The position numbers and the translations under genes were made by a program. This document shows, in pieces, positions 33,406-42,788 of a stretch of 64,000 bases of DNA (position 1 is its first letter; each line of letters starts with the position of its first letter). This DNA is from Thermodesulfobacteriota bacterium (GTDB lineage: Bacteria; Desulfobacterota_D; UBA1144; Nemesobacterales; Mycalebacteriaceae): NCBI GenBank assembly GCA_965205855.1, contig OZ242184.1:886570-950569 (forward strand). Direction: 5' to 3'. The notes beneath the pieces were generated by a model, which saw only the letters and a program-made list of their open reading frames with translations, was not told where the DNA came from and searched no databases.

Positions 33406-34446
33406 ATGGGCGGAGACCGGAAAAAAAGTGGGGGAAACTTCGGCGTTCCGGACTCCGACACCACATTGCTTGACATACCGGCGCGTCCGCGCAGGAACAG
33501 AAAGACAGAGGCGATACGTTCCCTTGTGAAGGAAACAACTCTGTCTGTGCGGGAACTCATCTATCCTGTCTTTATTCACGCCGGCAAAGCGGATGAAGAA
33601 ATAGCCTCAATGCCCGGCAGAAAAAGGTTCACGCCGGACGGTCTTCTAAGGGAAACGGAAAACTGCCTCAAGGCGGGAATCACCTCATTTATGCTGTTTC
33701 CCGTGATTGACGAAAAACTCAAATCCCCGAACGCGAAAGAGGCGGAAAACCCTCACGGGCTTGTTCCCCGAACCGTGCGCAAATTGAAAAAGGAGTTTCC
33801 CGAAACAGTTGTCATAACGGATGTGGCTCTTGACCCGTATTCAAGCGACGGGCATGACGGGATTGTCTCTGCATCGGGTGAAATACTGAACGACGCGACG
33901 GTTGAAATCCTCTGCCGGCAGGCTCTCTGTCACGCGGATTGCGGAGCAGATATCGTAGCCCCGAGTGATATGATGGACGGACGGGTCGGCGCGATAAGGG
34001 AAACGCTTGATGAAAGCGGCTGTACGGACACTTCAATACTTTCCTACACGGCAAAATACGCTTCGTGTTTCTACGGGCCATTTCGCGGCGCGCTTGTCTC
34101 GGTGCCGAAGTCGGGAAACAAACAAACCTATCAGATGGACCCGGCAAACTTGAGAGAAGCCCTCAGGGAGTTGAGCCTTGATGAAGCGGAAGGGGCGGAC
34201 ATAGTAATGGTAAAACCCGCAAGCCATTACCTTGATGTCGTAAGCGCGTTCAAGGAATCAACCGACCTGCCCATTGCCGCGTATCAGGTAAGCGGCGAAT
34301 ATATCATGATAAAAGCGGCCGCCGAAAAAGGGTACCTGAATGAACATAACGCGATTATGGAAAGTCTGACTTCAATCAAAAGAGCGGGAGCGGATATGGT
34401 AGCGACATACTTCGCCCCCGAAGCGGCAAAGATAATCCGGCCTTAA
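33406..34446 (+). CDS. hemB: Porphobilinogen synthase (delta-aminolevulinic acid dehydratase).
   Basis: It has RPRRNRK near the N-terminus and the active-site region (GADIVAPSDMMDGRV; VSGEY ... KAGADM). The true start may be the TTG at about 33457. Confidence 0.8.
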   Translation: MGGDRKKSGGNFGVPDSDTTLLDIPARPRRNRKTEAIRSLVKETTLSVRELIYPVFIHAGKADEEIASMPGRKRFTPDGLLRETENCLKAGITSFMLFPVIDEKLKSPNAKEAENPHGLVPRTVRKLKKEFPETVVITDVALDPYSSDGHDGIVSASGEILNDATVEILCRQALCHADCGADIVAPSDMMDGRVGAIRETLDESGCTDTSILSYTAKYASCFYGPFRGALVSVPKSGNKQTYQMDPANLREALRELSLDEAEGADIVMVKPASHYLDVVSAFKESTDLPIAAYQVSGEYIMIKAAAEKGYLNEHNAIMESLTSIKRAGADMVATYFAPEAAKIIRP

Positions 34447-34463
34447 ACTCCCGTTTCGGTGTC

Positions 34464-35450
34464 TTACGGGTTTATCACAACCTTTCCGAACTGACTTGAA
34501 TTCTCAAGCGCCAGATGCGCCTCGGCAAGTTGCGCCAGAGGGAGAGTTCTGTCTATGACGGGAGACAGAATTCCCTCTGCCGCCATGTCAACCGTATCCT
34601 GCAAAACGCTTTGCGGAGAGTTAAAAACCGTTACGCCAATAATGGAAATATCCCTCATAATCACGGGGCCGAGGGAAAATTTCTCAACAAGCCCTCCTCC
34701 TACAACACCCACAAGAACAAGCCGTCCTCCGGGTTTGAGTATCTTTATGTTTTTCTCCCAGTAAGACGCGCCGACAGAGTCAAAAATCAGGTCAACCCCG
34801 CCTTTGATTTCTTTGGAAAAATCGGATTTTTTGTAGTTGAAAACTTCATCCGCGCCGAGGGTTTTTGCTTTTTCAAGTTTCTCATCGCTGCCCGCCGTCG
34901 CTATGATTTTCGCGCCGAGATGTTTTGCGAACTGTATCGCAGCAGTTCCCGTTCCGCTGCCTGCGGCGTGCACGACAACCGTTTCGCCCTTTTTCAGCCC
35001 GCCCCTGTTTACAAGCCCATAAACGGCTGTCACATAACAGATGGGAAGCGCAGACGCATCATCATGGGAAAGATTGTCCGGAATTTTGCACACATTCACG
35101 GCGGGAACTTTCACATACTCCGCAAAACCTCCCTGCCGGTTCGCGCCTATGATGCCCGTTCCTCTCTCCCCCGCGATTGCCGGATTCACAACCACCCGGT
35201 CTCCCGTGCCGAGGCTTCCGCCTGCCTTGTTTCCAACCTCTTCTATTACGCCCGAAATATCTATCCCGCCGATATGAGGAAGGTCAACGGGGCGAGGGGA
35301 TTTGCCAGATCTTAATCTGGTGTCCAGTGAGTTCATTGCGCATGACTTAACCCTGATTAAAACCTCGTCAGAAGAGATGGAAGGAGTTTTAATATCCTCG
35401 TATTTTATTACTCCAGCGTTTCCCAATTCGTGATATATACCCGCTTTCAT
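34464..35450 (-). CDS. Zinc-binding / quinone oxidoreductase of the MDR superfamily.
   Basis: It has a GroES-like N-domain and Rossmann AAGSGTG. I chose the start at MKAGIYHEL (35450) because GGGAG lies 7 nt upstream. Confidence 0.7.
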   Translation of the reverse strand: MKAGIYHELGNAGVIKYEDIKTPSISSDEVLIRVKSCAMNSLDTRLRSGKSPRPVDLPHIGGIDISGVIEEVGNKAGGSLGTGDRVVVNPAIAGERGTGIIGANRQGGFAEYVKVPAVNVCKIPDNLSHDDASALPICYVTAVYGLVNRGGLKKGETVVVHAAGSGTGTAAIQFAKHLGAKIIATAGSDEKLEKAKTLGADEVFNYKKSDFSKEIKGGVDLIFDSVGASYWEKNIKILKPGGRLVLVGVVGGGLVEKFSLGPVIMRDISIIGVTVFNSPQSVLQDTVDMAAEGILSPVIDRTLPLAQLAEAHLALENSSQFGKVVINP

Positions 35451-35526
35451 TTTTTTCTCCCATACCGTCAAATTTTCCTGTAACTATATATCCGGTCACG
35501 GATTTTGTGCAAAGCGACTGAGAAAA

Positions 35527-36480
35527 TCAACCCTTCGGTTTTCTTCCGAGAGACCAAAGCGTTTCCGCGACACTTGTCTGTAAAGCCCACAAGTCGTAGC
35601 CGCCTTCAAGCATAAAAGCCGCTCCGCAACCACACAGTTCACGGGCAAGGGATTGAACCTCGGACGCGATGGCTCCGAAACACTCGCTTGAAACATTCAT
35701 ACCGGCAAGAGGGTCCGCCCTGTGTGCGTCAAAACCAGCCGATACGAGAATGACATCGGGTTTATACGCGCGCGCCGCAGCCGCGAGTTCATTTTGAAAT
35801 ACGCTCATATAAGAATCGTCTGACTGTCCCGCGGCGAGGGGTATGTTCAAAGTGGCTCCCCTGCCATCTCCGCTTCCGGTTTCCTCTGAGCTTCCGGTGC
35901 CGGGAAAAGCCGGATGCTGGTGGACTGAAAAATAGAAAACATCGCCTCTGCCGTAAAAACTGTTCTGAGTTCCGTTGCCATGATGAACATCCCAGTCAAC
36001 TATCATTACGCGGCCCGCGCCACACTCTCTGAGCGCGAACTCCGCCGCGACAGCGATATTATTGAAAAGACAAAACCCCATCGCACGGTCACGCTCGGCA
36101 TGGTGTCCCGGAGGGCGGCAAAAAGCGAACGCGCTTTCCCTTCCGCCTTTGATAACTGTCTCACACGCGCAAATTGCCGCCCCCGCCGAAAGCGCCGCGG
36201 CTCGCCATGTTTCTCCCCCCGCGCCGGTGTCGGGGTCAAGCTGAAAAAAGGGTTTTCCGTCCGTTTTTTCAATCGTTTCCACATACCTTTCATCATGAAT
36301 CCATGCCAGTTGAGCGGGGGTCGCGGCTCTCAATTGCATACGTTCAACAAAAGGCGACACGCTTGCCAAGTTCAAAAGGGAGTCAATCGCGGTTATTCTG
36401 TCAGGGCTTTCGGGATGCGCGGGACCGTTTTGATGCCCTTTACAAATATCAGAATCAATAAAAACAGCAGTTTGTGTCAT
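35527..36480 (-). CDS. Histone deacetylase-family amidohydrolase (AcuC/HDAC-like).
   Basis: It has CRPPGHHA, DWDVHHGNGTQ and GFD motifs. I trimmed the start to MTQTAVFIDS at 36480. Confidence 0.75.
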   Translation of the reverse strand: MTQTAVFIDSDICKGHQNGPAHPESPDRITAIDSLLNLASVSPFVERMQLRAATPAQLAWIHDERYVETIEKTDGKPFFQLDPDTGAGGETWRAAALSAGAAICACETVIKGGRESAFAFCRPPGHHAERDRAMGFCLFNNIAVAAEFALRECGAGRVMIVDWDVHHGNGTQNSFYGRGDVFYFSVHQHPAFPGTGSSEETGSGDGRGATLNIPLAAGQSDDSYMSVFQNELAAAARAYKPDVILVSAGFDAHRADPLAGMNVSSECFGAIASEVQSLARELCGCGAAFMLEGGYDLWALQTSVAETLWSLGRKPKG

Positions 36481-36576
36481 AGTGCTGAAAAGACTAACAT
36501 AAGATAACAAAGAGCGCTTCTTTACAAAGAAGCGCTCTTTGTTATAATTAATTCTTCTAAAGCGGGAAAGCGTAAG

Positions 36577-36825
36577 ATGAAAAAAGACATTCACCCAGAA
36601 TATAAACCGGTGGTTTTCAGGGATCCTTCAACGGATTTTATGATACTTACAAAGTCCACAAAGACCTCGAACGAAACAATAGAGTGGGAAAACGGCGAGA
36701 CCTATCCGGTTGTGAATGTCGAGATATCAAGTAGCTCCCATCCTTTTTTCTCTGGCAAAGAGCAGCAGTTTTCAAAAGAAAGCCGCGTGGAAAAATTCCG
36801 CAAAAAATACGGCTCGGCAGAGTAA
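36577..36825 (+). CDS. rpmE: 50S ribosomal protein L31 (type B, no CxxC).
   Basis: It starts MKKDIHPEY, with a type-B C-terminal extension, at 82 aa. Confidence 0.8.
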   Translation: MKKDIHPEYKPVVFRDPSTDFMILTKSTKTSNETIEWENGETYPVVNVEISSSSHPFFSGKEQQFSKESRVEKFRKKYGSAE

Positions 36826-36830
36826 CCGCG

Positions 36831-37346
36831 TTATACCGCTTCGGACTCTTTCAGGTATCTGGCGACATCCTCCTGAATTGACTCGTCAACCATTTCACGC
36901 CAGTCATTCTCGTTGTTTTTGATTGAATCCCTTATTTTCGTGGCCGATATCCAGCCGATGTTCTCCGGAGGGAAGAACTCATTCATCTCATATCCGACTC
37001 CCCTGCCCCAGTTAACCGATTCAATATCGGGAATCTGTATCACTTCAACATCATCGCCTTTGCTCATATGGTATTTGCGTATCATGTCAATGGTCTGCGC
37101 CGTTGTAAAAGGATTTGTCGGGTCTGGCGGAATGTCTCTGACCATTATCAGGCACGGAACGCCCTTGTCCAGTTTCTGGCGCACAAGACTTATGTGCCCT
37201 TGATGATAGGGCTGATACCTTCCGATGAATATGGCCCTCTTGGACTTTACCGGCTCAATTCCGGTATGCCCGTGATTTGTAAATTTCCATTCAGACATGA
37301 TCTTCCTTCTTCGCCAGTTTTCGAATTCTGCTGGTGATTCAGACAT
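36831..37346 (-). CDS. (H/T)xGH-family nucleotidyltransferase, NMN adenylyltransferase (NadM)-like.
   Basis: It has a GRYQPYHQGH motif, at about 155-171 aa. The start region is tandemly duplicated. Confidence 0.55.
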   Translation of the reverse strand: MSESPAEFENWRRRKIMSEWKFTNHGHTGIEPVKSKRAIFIGRYQPYHQGHISLVRQKLDKGVPCLIMVRDIPPDPTNPFTTAQTIDMIRKYHMSKGDDVEVIQIPDIESVNWGRGVGYEMNEFFPPENIGWISATKIRDSIKNNENDWREMVDESIQEDVARYLKESEAV

Positions 37347-37398
37347 GATGTTTCTCCTTTGTCAGTTTGTTATTTTGGAAACCCATTCTACTGGTAAT

Positions 37399-38100
37399 TC
37401 AGACAAGTTTCAAAAAAGCGCCGAATACGGACTCCGCGAGTTTGTTAATTCCGTCCGGATAAATCTCCGCGCCCCGCTCAATCTCTTCAATATCAAGACC
37501 GGAGTTTTCAATCTCCAGCCTGTTATCGTTTCTCTCAAGCCATTGCCGCACAATCTTTTCATCCGTCTCAAGGTGGAACTGAAGCGCATACGCCCTGTCG
37601 CCGTATCTGAACGCCTGATTTGGAAAATCATCCGAGAACGCAAGGTTGACCGCTCCAGCGGGCGTTTCAAAACCGTCTCCGTGCCACTGAAAAACCTTTT
37701 CGCTTTGCGAGAAAAGTGAAAATACGGGGTCGGATGCGGCAGAGGGTGCCGCGCTGACATCATACCACCCAATCTCTTTCGAACCACCCGCCCTGACCTT
37801 CGCGCCGAGCGCGGCCGCCATTATCTGCGCTCCGAGACATATTCCAATCACTGGCCTGCCACTTTTGATAAATTCACGCACAAACCGTATCTCCCGCGCG
37901 AGATACGGATACCTGTCGTTTTGATAAACGTTCATCGGTCCGCCCATTATGGCAAGAACGGAAAAGTCGTCCGCATTTGCCGGAGCGGACTCCCCGTCAC
38001 CGAAGTTCACCGTGACGATATCAAAACCGCGTTTGTCCATCAACTTTCCGAGCAGACCCGGAGATTCGTGGCTTACATGCTGAAAAACAAGCGCTTTCAT
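37399..38100 (-). CDS. Class I glutamine amidotransferase-like protein.
   Basis: It has the GATase1 catalytic GICLGAQ motif and a downstream His, at 233 aa. Confidence 0.7.
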   Translation of the reverse strand: MKALVFQHVSHESPGLLGKLMDKRGFDIVTVNFGDGESAPANADDFSVLAIMGGPMNVYQNDRYPYLAREIRFVREFIKSGRPVIGICLGAQIMAAALGAKVRAGGSKEIGWYDVSAAPSAASDPVFSLFSQSEKVFQWHGDGFETPAGAVNLAFSDDFPNQAFRYGDRAYALQFHLETDEKIVRQWLERNDNRLEIENSGLDIEEIERGAEIYPDGINKLAESVFGAFLKLV

Positions 38101-38378
38101 TTTATTTTTTTGTTAATATGCCCGAGGCTCTTTTCTGGCACGACACGGTCTCTCACAAGAGACTTGAGTTCTGCGGCAGATGGAAAACCGCCCTGTTCCC
38201 GCCTTGACCACACAAGATATTTTCCGACAAAGATTCTGAAAACCCCGCCGGAGGAAGGTGCAAGCGCAAAATCGCCTATCTCATCGTCAAAGGTGGAAAA
38301 CAACTCCTGCGCCATCCAGCCCGCTCTGAGAAGCCAGCCGCACCGGACACAATACTCTATTCTTATCTTTACGGGCAC
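38097..38378 (-). CDS. SelW/Rdx-family thioredoxin-like small protein (Cys form).
   Basis: It has the N-terminal IEYCVRCGW CxxC motif typical of Rdx/SelW, at 93 aa, with a 4-nt overlap with the amidotransferase gene. Confidence 0.55.
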   Translation of the reverse strand: MPVKIRIEYCVRCGWLLRAGWMAQELFSTFDDEIGDFALAPSSGGVFRIFVGKYLVWSRREQGGFPSAAELKSLVRDRVVPEKSLGHINKKIK

Positions 38379-38456
38379 AGCGGGCTTAAGATAACCGCGC
38401 GAACTCGTGGCGCAAACGTTTTCGCAATGTGCCTTATCGGGAATGTTCGGGGGAGA

Positions 38457-38532
38457 TGGCTCCGGCGGAGGGATTCGAACCCCCGACCTAGTGGTTAACA
38501 GCCACCCGCTCTGCCAGCTGAGCTACACCGGA
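38457..38532 (-). tRNA. tRNA-Asn (GTT), with encoded CCA.
   Basis: A hand-folded cloverleaf has acceptor TCCGGTG/CGCCGGA, anticodon loop CTGTTAA and a GGTTCGAATCC T-arm. Confidence 0.75.
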
Positions 38533-38563
38533 ACTGAAGAAGATGTGTTAAATTATATTGCCT

Positions 38564-39481
38564 ATGAAAGACAGTCAAGAAAAACCCGTGTCCGCAACGG
38601 AGCCCGAAGAAAAGCCCAAACCCGCAATCCGGTCTGCGCCGCTTGTTGAAGCCTCGCCTCTGCAGCGCTATGTGTCCGAAATCGCTTCCAACCCCATTTT
38701 ATCAAATGAGGAAGAGCGCGAACTCGCCGTCCTCTACAGGGAAAAGGGAGACATAGAAGCCGCGCGCAAACTTGTCGCTTCAAACCTGAAGTTTGTCGTC
38801 AAAGTCGCCGGAGAATACAAAAACTACAACATCAACATTATGGACATTATTCAGGAGGGGAACCTCGGGCTTATGCACGCGGTCAAAAGATTCGACCCCA
38901 CAAAGGGTTACAGGCTTATCTCATACGCGGTCTGGTGGATAAAAGCATATATTCAGAAACACATAATGGACACATGGAGTCTTGTCAGAATCGGCACCGG
39001 CAGAGAGCAGAGAAAACTTTTCTACAAAGTCCGCTCCGCGAGTAGCGCGGCGGGAAGTGGGGCGGAAAAAAATGACGCCGAAATTGCGAACAGCCTCGGC
39101 GTTTCGGAAAAAAGTTTCTCGGAGATGAAGCGGGTTATGGGCACAAGAGATCTATCTCTTCATTCTCCGGTTCAAAATGAAGCCCAGCAGGCACATGTGG
39201 ATTTTCTGACCGACAGTTCCGAAGGGCCGGAAGCTGGTTTTGAGCGCGAGGAAACAAAGAGAATTATCCATAACCACATAGGGAAAGTTCTCGAAAAACT
39301 CAAAGAAAAAGAGAGGCATATAGTTGAAAACAGGCTACTGACGGAAAACCCCGAAACCCTAGACACAATCGGAAGCAGGCTGGGCATCTCGCGCGAAAGA
39401 GTAAGGCAGATAGAACAAACCGCTCTGAAGAAACTCAGGCGGGAATTCGAAAAATACGGCATCACCGCCCCACTGGACTGA
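38564..39481 (+). CDS. RNA polymerase sigma factor, sigma-70 family (RpoS/RpoH-sized).
   Basis: It has regions 2 (DIIQEGNLGLMHAVKRFDP), 3 and 4 (a C-terminal helix-turn-helix, RVRQIEQTALKKLR). The ATG is at 38564; the track used the TTG at 38558. Confidence 0.75.
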   Translation: MKDSQEKPVSATEPEEKPKPAIRSAPLVEASPLQRYVSEIASNPILSNEEERELAVLYREKGDIEAARKLVASNLKFVVKVAGEYKNYNINIMDIIQEGNLGLMHAVKRFDPTKGYRLISYAVWWIKAYIQKHIMDTWSLVRIGTGREQRKLFYKVRSASSAAGSGAEKNDAEIANSLGVSEKSFSEMKRVMGTRDLSLHSPVQNEAQQAHVDFLTDSSEGPEAGFEREETKRIIHNHIGKVLEKLKEKERHIVENRLLTENPETLDTIGSRLGISRERVRQIEQTALKKLRREFEKYGITAPLD

Positions 39482-39505
39482 CACCCGCGCACCGGCAGGG
39501 ACACG

Positions 39506-42115
39506 CTAAATTGACTCAACAACACCGGCGGACATTTCAATCGCTTCGGCAACCCCTTCGGGACGGTCTCCGCCCGCCTGCGCGAGCACGGGCTTTCCGC
39601 CTCCTCTGCCGCCAATCAGCGGGGCAATCTCCTTGATGATTTTCCCCGCGTGAAACCTGTCTGAAATATCCTTTGTAACCCCGACAAGGATAAATGCCTT
39701 TCCCTCGCGCACGCCGCCAAGCACCGCGACCCCGCCTTTAATTTTCGCGCGTATCCCGTCCCACAATTCCCTCAACTCTTCGGGGCCGCAGTCCGGAACT
39801 TCGCGTGAAAGAAACCGCGCTCCGTTAATTTCCTTCATGCCGGATATCATCTCACCGGCGCCTTTCATAAGAGCGCTTTTTCTGCGCACACCAGACTCCT
39901 TTTCGAGCTCCGTGTTACGCTCAAGCAGTTTTCCGATTTTTTCCGCAACCGCTCCCGGAGCAACTCCGAGCATCTTTGCGGCGCGCGCAAGAGTCCTTTC
40001 GTTTTCCAGAGCGCGTTTGTACGCCGCCTCATGGCAAACCGCCTCTATTCTTCTCACTCCCGCGCTTGAAGCGGATTGCGAAACTATGCTGAACATTCCC
40101 GCCTCCGCGGAGTTGGCAATATGAGTTCCGCCGCACAGCTCAACGCTGTATCCGCCGATTGAAACCACCCTGACCCTGTCGCCGTATTTCTCCTCAAAAA
40201 TCGCCATTGCCCCCCCTTTCAGCGCCTCTTCGTAAGAAACATCCGCTCTTGTAACAACCTCGTCCGCGCGTCTTATTTTCTCATTCACCATATCTTCAAT
40301 CCCCTTAATGTCTTCGTGGCTCACGGGCGAGTGGTGTGTGAAGTCAAACCGCAATCTGTCCGGGGCGACAAGCGAGCCCGCCTGTGAAACATGGGTTCCG
40401 AGTTTGTCCCTCAAAACGGAGTGCAGTATGTGAGTCGCGGTGTGGTGCGCGCACGCGGCGCGTCTGCAGCTTTTGTCAACTGAAAGGCGCACGGTGTCTC
40501 CGGGGCGAACCGCGCCTTTTTCAATCACGGCGCGGTGGCGGATAATACCCGCGATGGGGCGGGTTGTGTCAATCACTTTCGCAAAAAACCCGTCCCCCTC
40601 AATGGTTCCCGTGTCTCCCGCCTGTCCTCCGGACTGTGCGTAAAAAGGCGTTGAATCGGTAACAATGTCCGCTGTGATGTCAGAATTTGCGAAAAAAACA
40701 ACCTTGCCCGTCCCTTCGGTGGCTTCGTAGCCGGTAAAAGCCGATGAGAAACCCGCGGAAACAAGTTCCGACAAACCCCCGCCGCCGTCTTCGGTGCCTT
40801 TCCACGACCCTTTTGACTGCTCTTTCTGTTTTGCCATCTCTTTGTCAAAACCTTCCCTGTCAACCCCGATATTTTTTTCCCTGAGCACATCCTCGGTCAA
40901 TTCAAGCGGAAAACCGTACGTGTCGTAAAGTTTGAAAGCCACATCGCCGGAAAGTTTTTCACCGCTTGAAAGTTTTTTCACTTCGCTCTCAAGAATCTCA
41001 AGCCCTCTGTCTGCGGTTTCAAGAAAACCCTCCTCTTCTTTCATCACGATTTGAGCCGCAAACTCGGTTTTTTCCACAAGTTCGGGATAGGTTCCGGCAA
41101 GTGTGCCGGAGACCGCGCCGAGGATTTTGAAAAGAAACGGCTCATTTGTGCCGAGGGTTTTCGCATGGCGCGCGGCTCTTCTGATAATTCTTCTAAGAAC
41201 ATAGCCCCTACCTTCGTTTGAGGGAAAAATCCCGTCCGCGATAAGAAACACAGCGGCGCGCGCATGGTCTGCGATAACGCGCATGCCGCTGTCAATCCTG
41301 CCTCCCTTTCCATCTGTGTATTTTATTTGCGAAAGTTCTTCAATCCGCCCGATTACGGGGCGAATCAGGTCGGTTTCGTAGTTTCCGGGCGCTCCCTGTA
41401 TGACCGCCGTTATCCTTTCAAGTCCCATCCCCGTGTCTATGTTCGGAAGAGGAAGGGGTTTTGTCTCGCCGGATTCATTCTGTTCATACTGCATAAAAAC
41501 AAGGTTCCACAACTCAAGGTAGCGGTCGCAGTCGCAGCCCGGCGCGCACTCCGGTTTACCGCATCCGGTTTTTTCGCCCTGGTCTATGAGAATTTCCGAA
41601 CACGGCCCGCACGGCCCCACATCTCCCATAGTCCAGAAGTTGCTTTCGTCTCCCATGCGCAGAATGTGGGATTGCTCAAGCCCCGCTTCTTTGCGCCAGA
41701 TTTCAAACGCTTCGTCATCGTCCTTGTAGACGGTAACCCAGAGTTTATTTTTGGGAAGTCGGAAAACATTTGTCATCAAATCCCATGCGAAATGCACGGC
41801 GTCCTGTTTGAAATAGTCGCCGAATGAAAAATTGCCGAGCATTTCAAAAAATGTGTGATGCCGTGCCGTGTATCCGACATTGTCCAGATCGTTATGTTTT
41901 CCGCCCGCTCTCAAGCATTTCTGCGACGAGACCGCGCGTTTGCTGGCGGGAGGCTGTTCGAGTCCGAGAAAGATGTTTTTGAACGGAACCATCCCCGAAT
42001 TGGTAAAAAGAAGAGTCGGGTCTTGCACGGGGATAACGGGTGCGCTTCTTACACGCTTGTGGCCGTTTTTTTCAAAGTAAGAAAGAAAAGTTTCCCTTAT
42101 TTCGTTTCCGGTCAT
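39506..42115 (-). CDS. alaS: Alanine--tRNA ligase.
   Basis: At 869 aa it has a class II catalytic core, an editing domain with HxxxH/CxxxH zinc motifs and a C-terminal DHHA1-like region. Confidence 0.9.
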   Translation of the reverse strand: MTGNEIRETFLSYFEKNGHKRVRSAPVIPVQDPTLLFTNSGMVPFKNIFLGLEQPPASKRAVSSQKCLRAGGKHNDLDNVGYTARHHTFFEMLGNFSFGDYFKQDAVHFAWDLMTNVFRLPKNKLWVTVYKDDDEAFEIWRKEAGLEQSHILRMGDESNFWTMGDVGPCGPCSEILIDQGEKTGCGKPECAPGCDCDRYLELWNLVFMQYEQNESGETKPLPLPNIDTGMGLERITAVIQGAPGNYETDLIRPVIGRIEELSQIKYTDGKGGRIDSGMRVIADHARAAVFLIADGIFPSNEGRGYVLRRIIRRAARHAKTLGTNEPFLFKILGAVSGTLAGTYPELVEKTEFAAQIVMKEEEGFLETADRGLEILESEVKKLSSGEKLSGDVAFKLYDTYGFPLELTEDVLREKNIGVDREGFDKEMAKQKEQSKGSWKGTEDGGGGLSELVSAGFSSAFTGYEATEGTGKVVFFANSDITADIVTDSTPFYAQSGGQAGDTGTIEGDGFFAKVIDTTRPIAGIIRHRAVIEKGAVRPGDTVRLSVDKSCRRAACAHHTATHILHSVLRDKLGTHVSQAGSLVAPDRLRFDFTHHSPVSHEDIKGIEDMVNEKIRRADEVVTRADVSYEEALKGGAMAIFEEKYGDRVRVVSIGGYSVELCGGTHIANSAEAGMFSIVSQSASSAGVRRIEAVCHEAAYKRALENERTLARAAKMLGVAPGAVAEKIGKLLERNTELEKESGVRRKSALMKGAGEMISGMKEINGARFLSREVPDCGPEELRELWDGIRAKIKGGVAVLGGVREGKAFILVGVTKDISDRFHAGKIIKEIAPLIGGRGGGKPVLAQAGGDRPEGVAEAIEMSAGVVESI

Positions 42116-42179
42116 TTAATTGCCGTCCGTGGCGCGACAGAGTGAAGTGGGAAAAGACGCACGCGGGGAATTGAGAAAA

Positions 42180-42434
42180 TCACTCTGCGGGAGAAACGAC
42201 CGAGACGGTGTTTCTTTTTCCTTTGCGGAATTTCACAACTCCGTCTGCAAGAGCAAAAAGCGTCCAGTCCCGTCCGGTTCCGACATTGTCTCCGGCGTGA
42301 AAAGAAGACCCTCTCTGGCGGATGATGATGTTTCCCGCTTTGACGACTTCTCCGCCGAATTTTTTAACGCCGAGCCGTTTGCCCGCCGAATCTCTTCCGT
42401 TTCTTGAACTGCCGCCGCCTTTTTTTGTGGACAT
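42180..42434 (-). CDS. rpmA: 50S ribosomal protein L27.
   Basis: It starts [22 protein letters not shown], at 84 aa. Confidence 0.9.
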   Translation of the reverse strand: MSTKKGGGSSRNGRDSAGKRLGVKKFGGEVVKAGNIIIRQRGSSFHAGDNVGTGRDWTLFALADGVVKFRKGKRNTVSVVSPAE

Positions 42435-42446
42435 TCTCTGTCTCTC

Positions 42447-42764
42447 CTACCCTTTTATACCGGTTATGCGAACCGATGTGTATCTCTGCCGGTGTCCGGC
42501 TTTAAGTCTGTATTTTTTGCGTCTTTTGAATTTAAAAACGGTAATTTTAGGTCCTTTCTTCTGAGAGACGATTTCGCCTTTAACTTCCGCTCCGTCAACA
42601 ACGGGAGTACCCACGCGCGCCTCACCCTCTCCGTCCGAAACCATAAGCACATCGGGAAATCCGATCGTGTCTCCGGGGCTACCCTCGATTTTTTCTATGT
42701 CAAGAACATCTCCGGATTTGACCAAGTACTGTCTGTTTCCTGTTCTTATTACTGCCTGCTGCAT
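42447..42764 (-). CDS. rplU: 50S ribosomal protein L21.
   Basis: It starts MQQAVIRTGNRQY and is 105 aa, lying 12 nt upstream of rpmA. Confidence 0.9.
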   Translation of the reverse strand: MQQAVIRTGNRQYLVKSGDVLDIEKIEGSPGDTIGFPDVLMVSDGEGEARVGTPVVDGAEVKGEIVSQKKGPKITVFKFKRRKKYRLKAGHRQRYTSVRITGIKG

Positions 42765-42788
42765 AAAGATTGCTCCGCTCTTGGAAGG

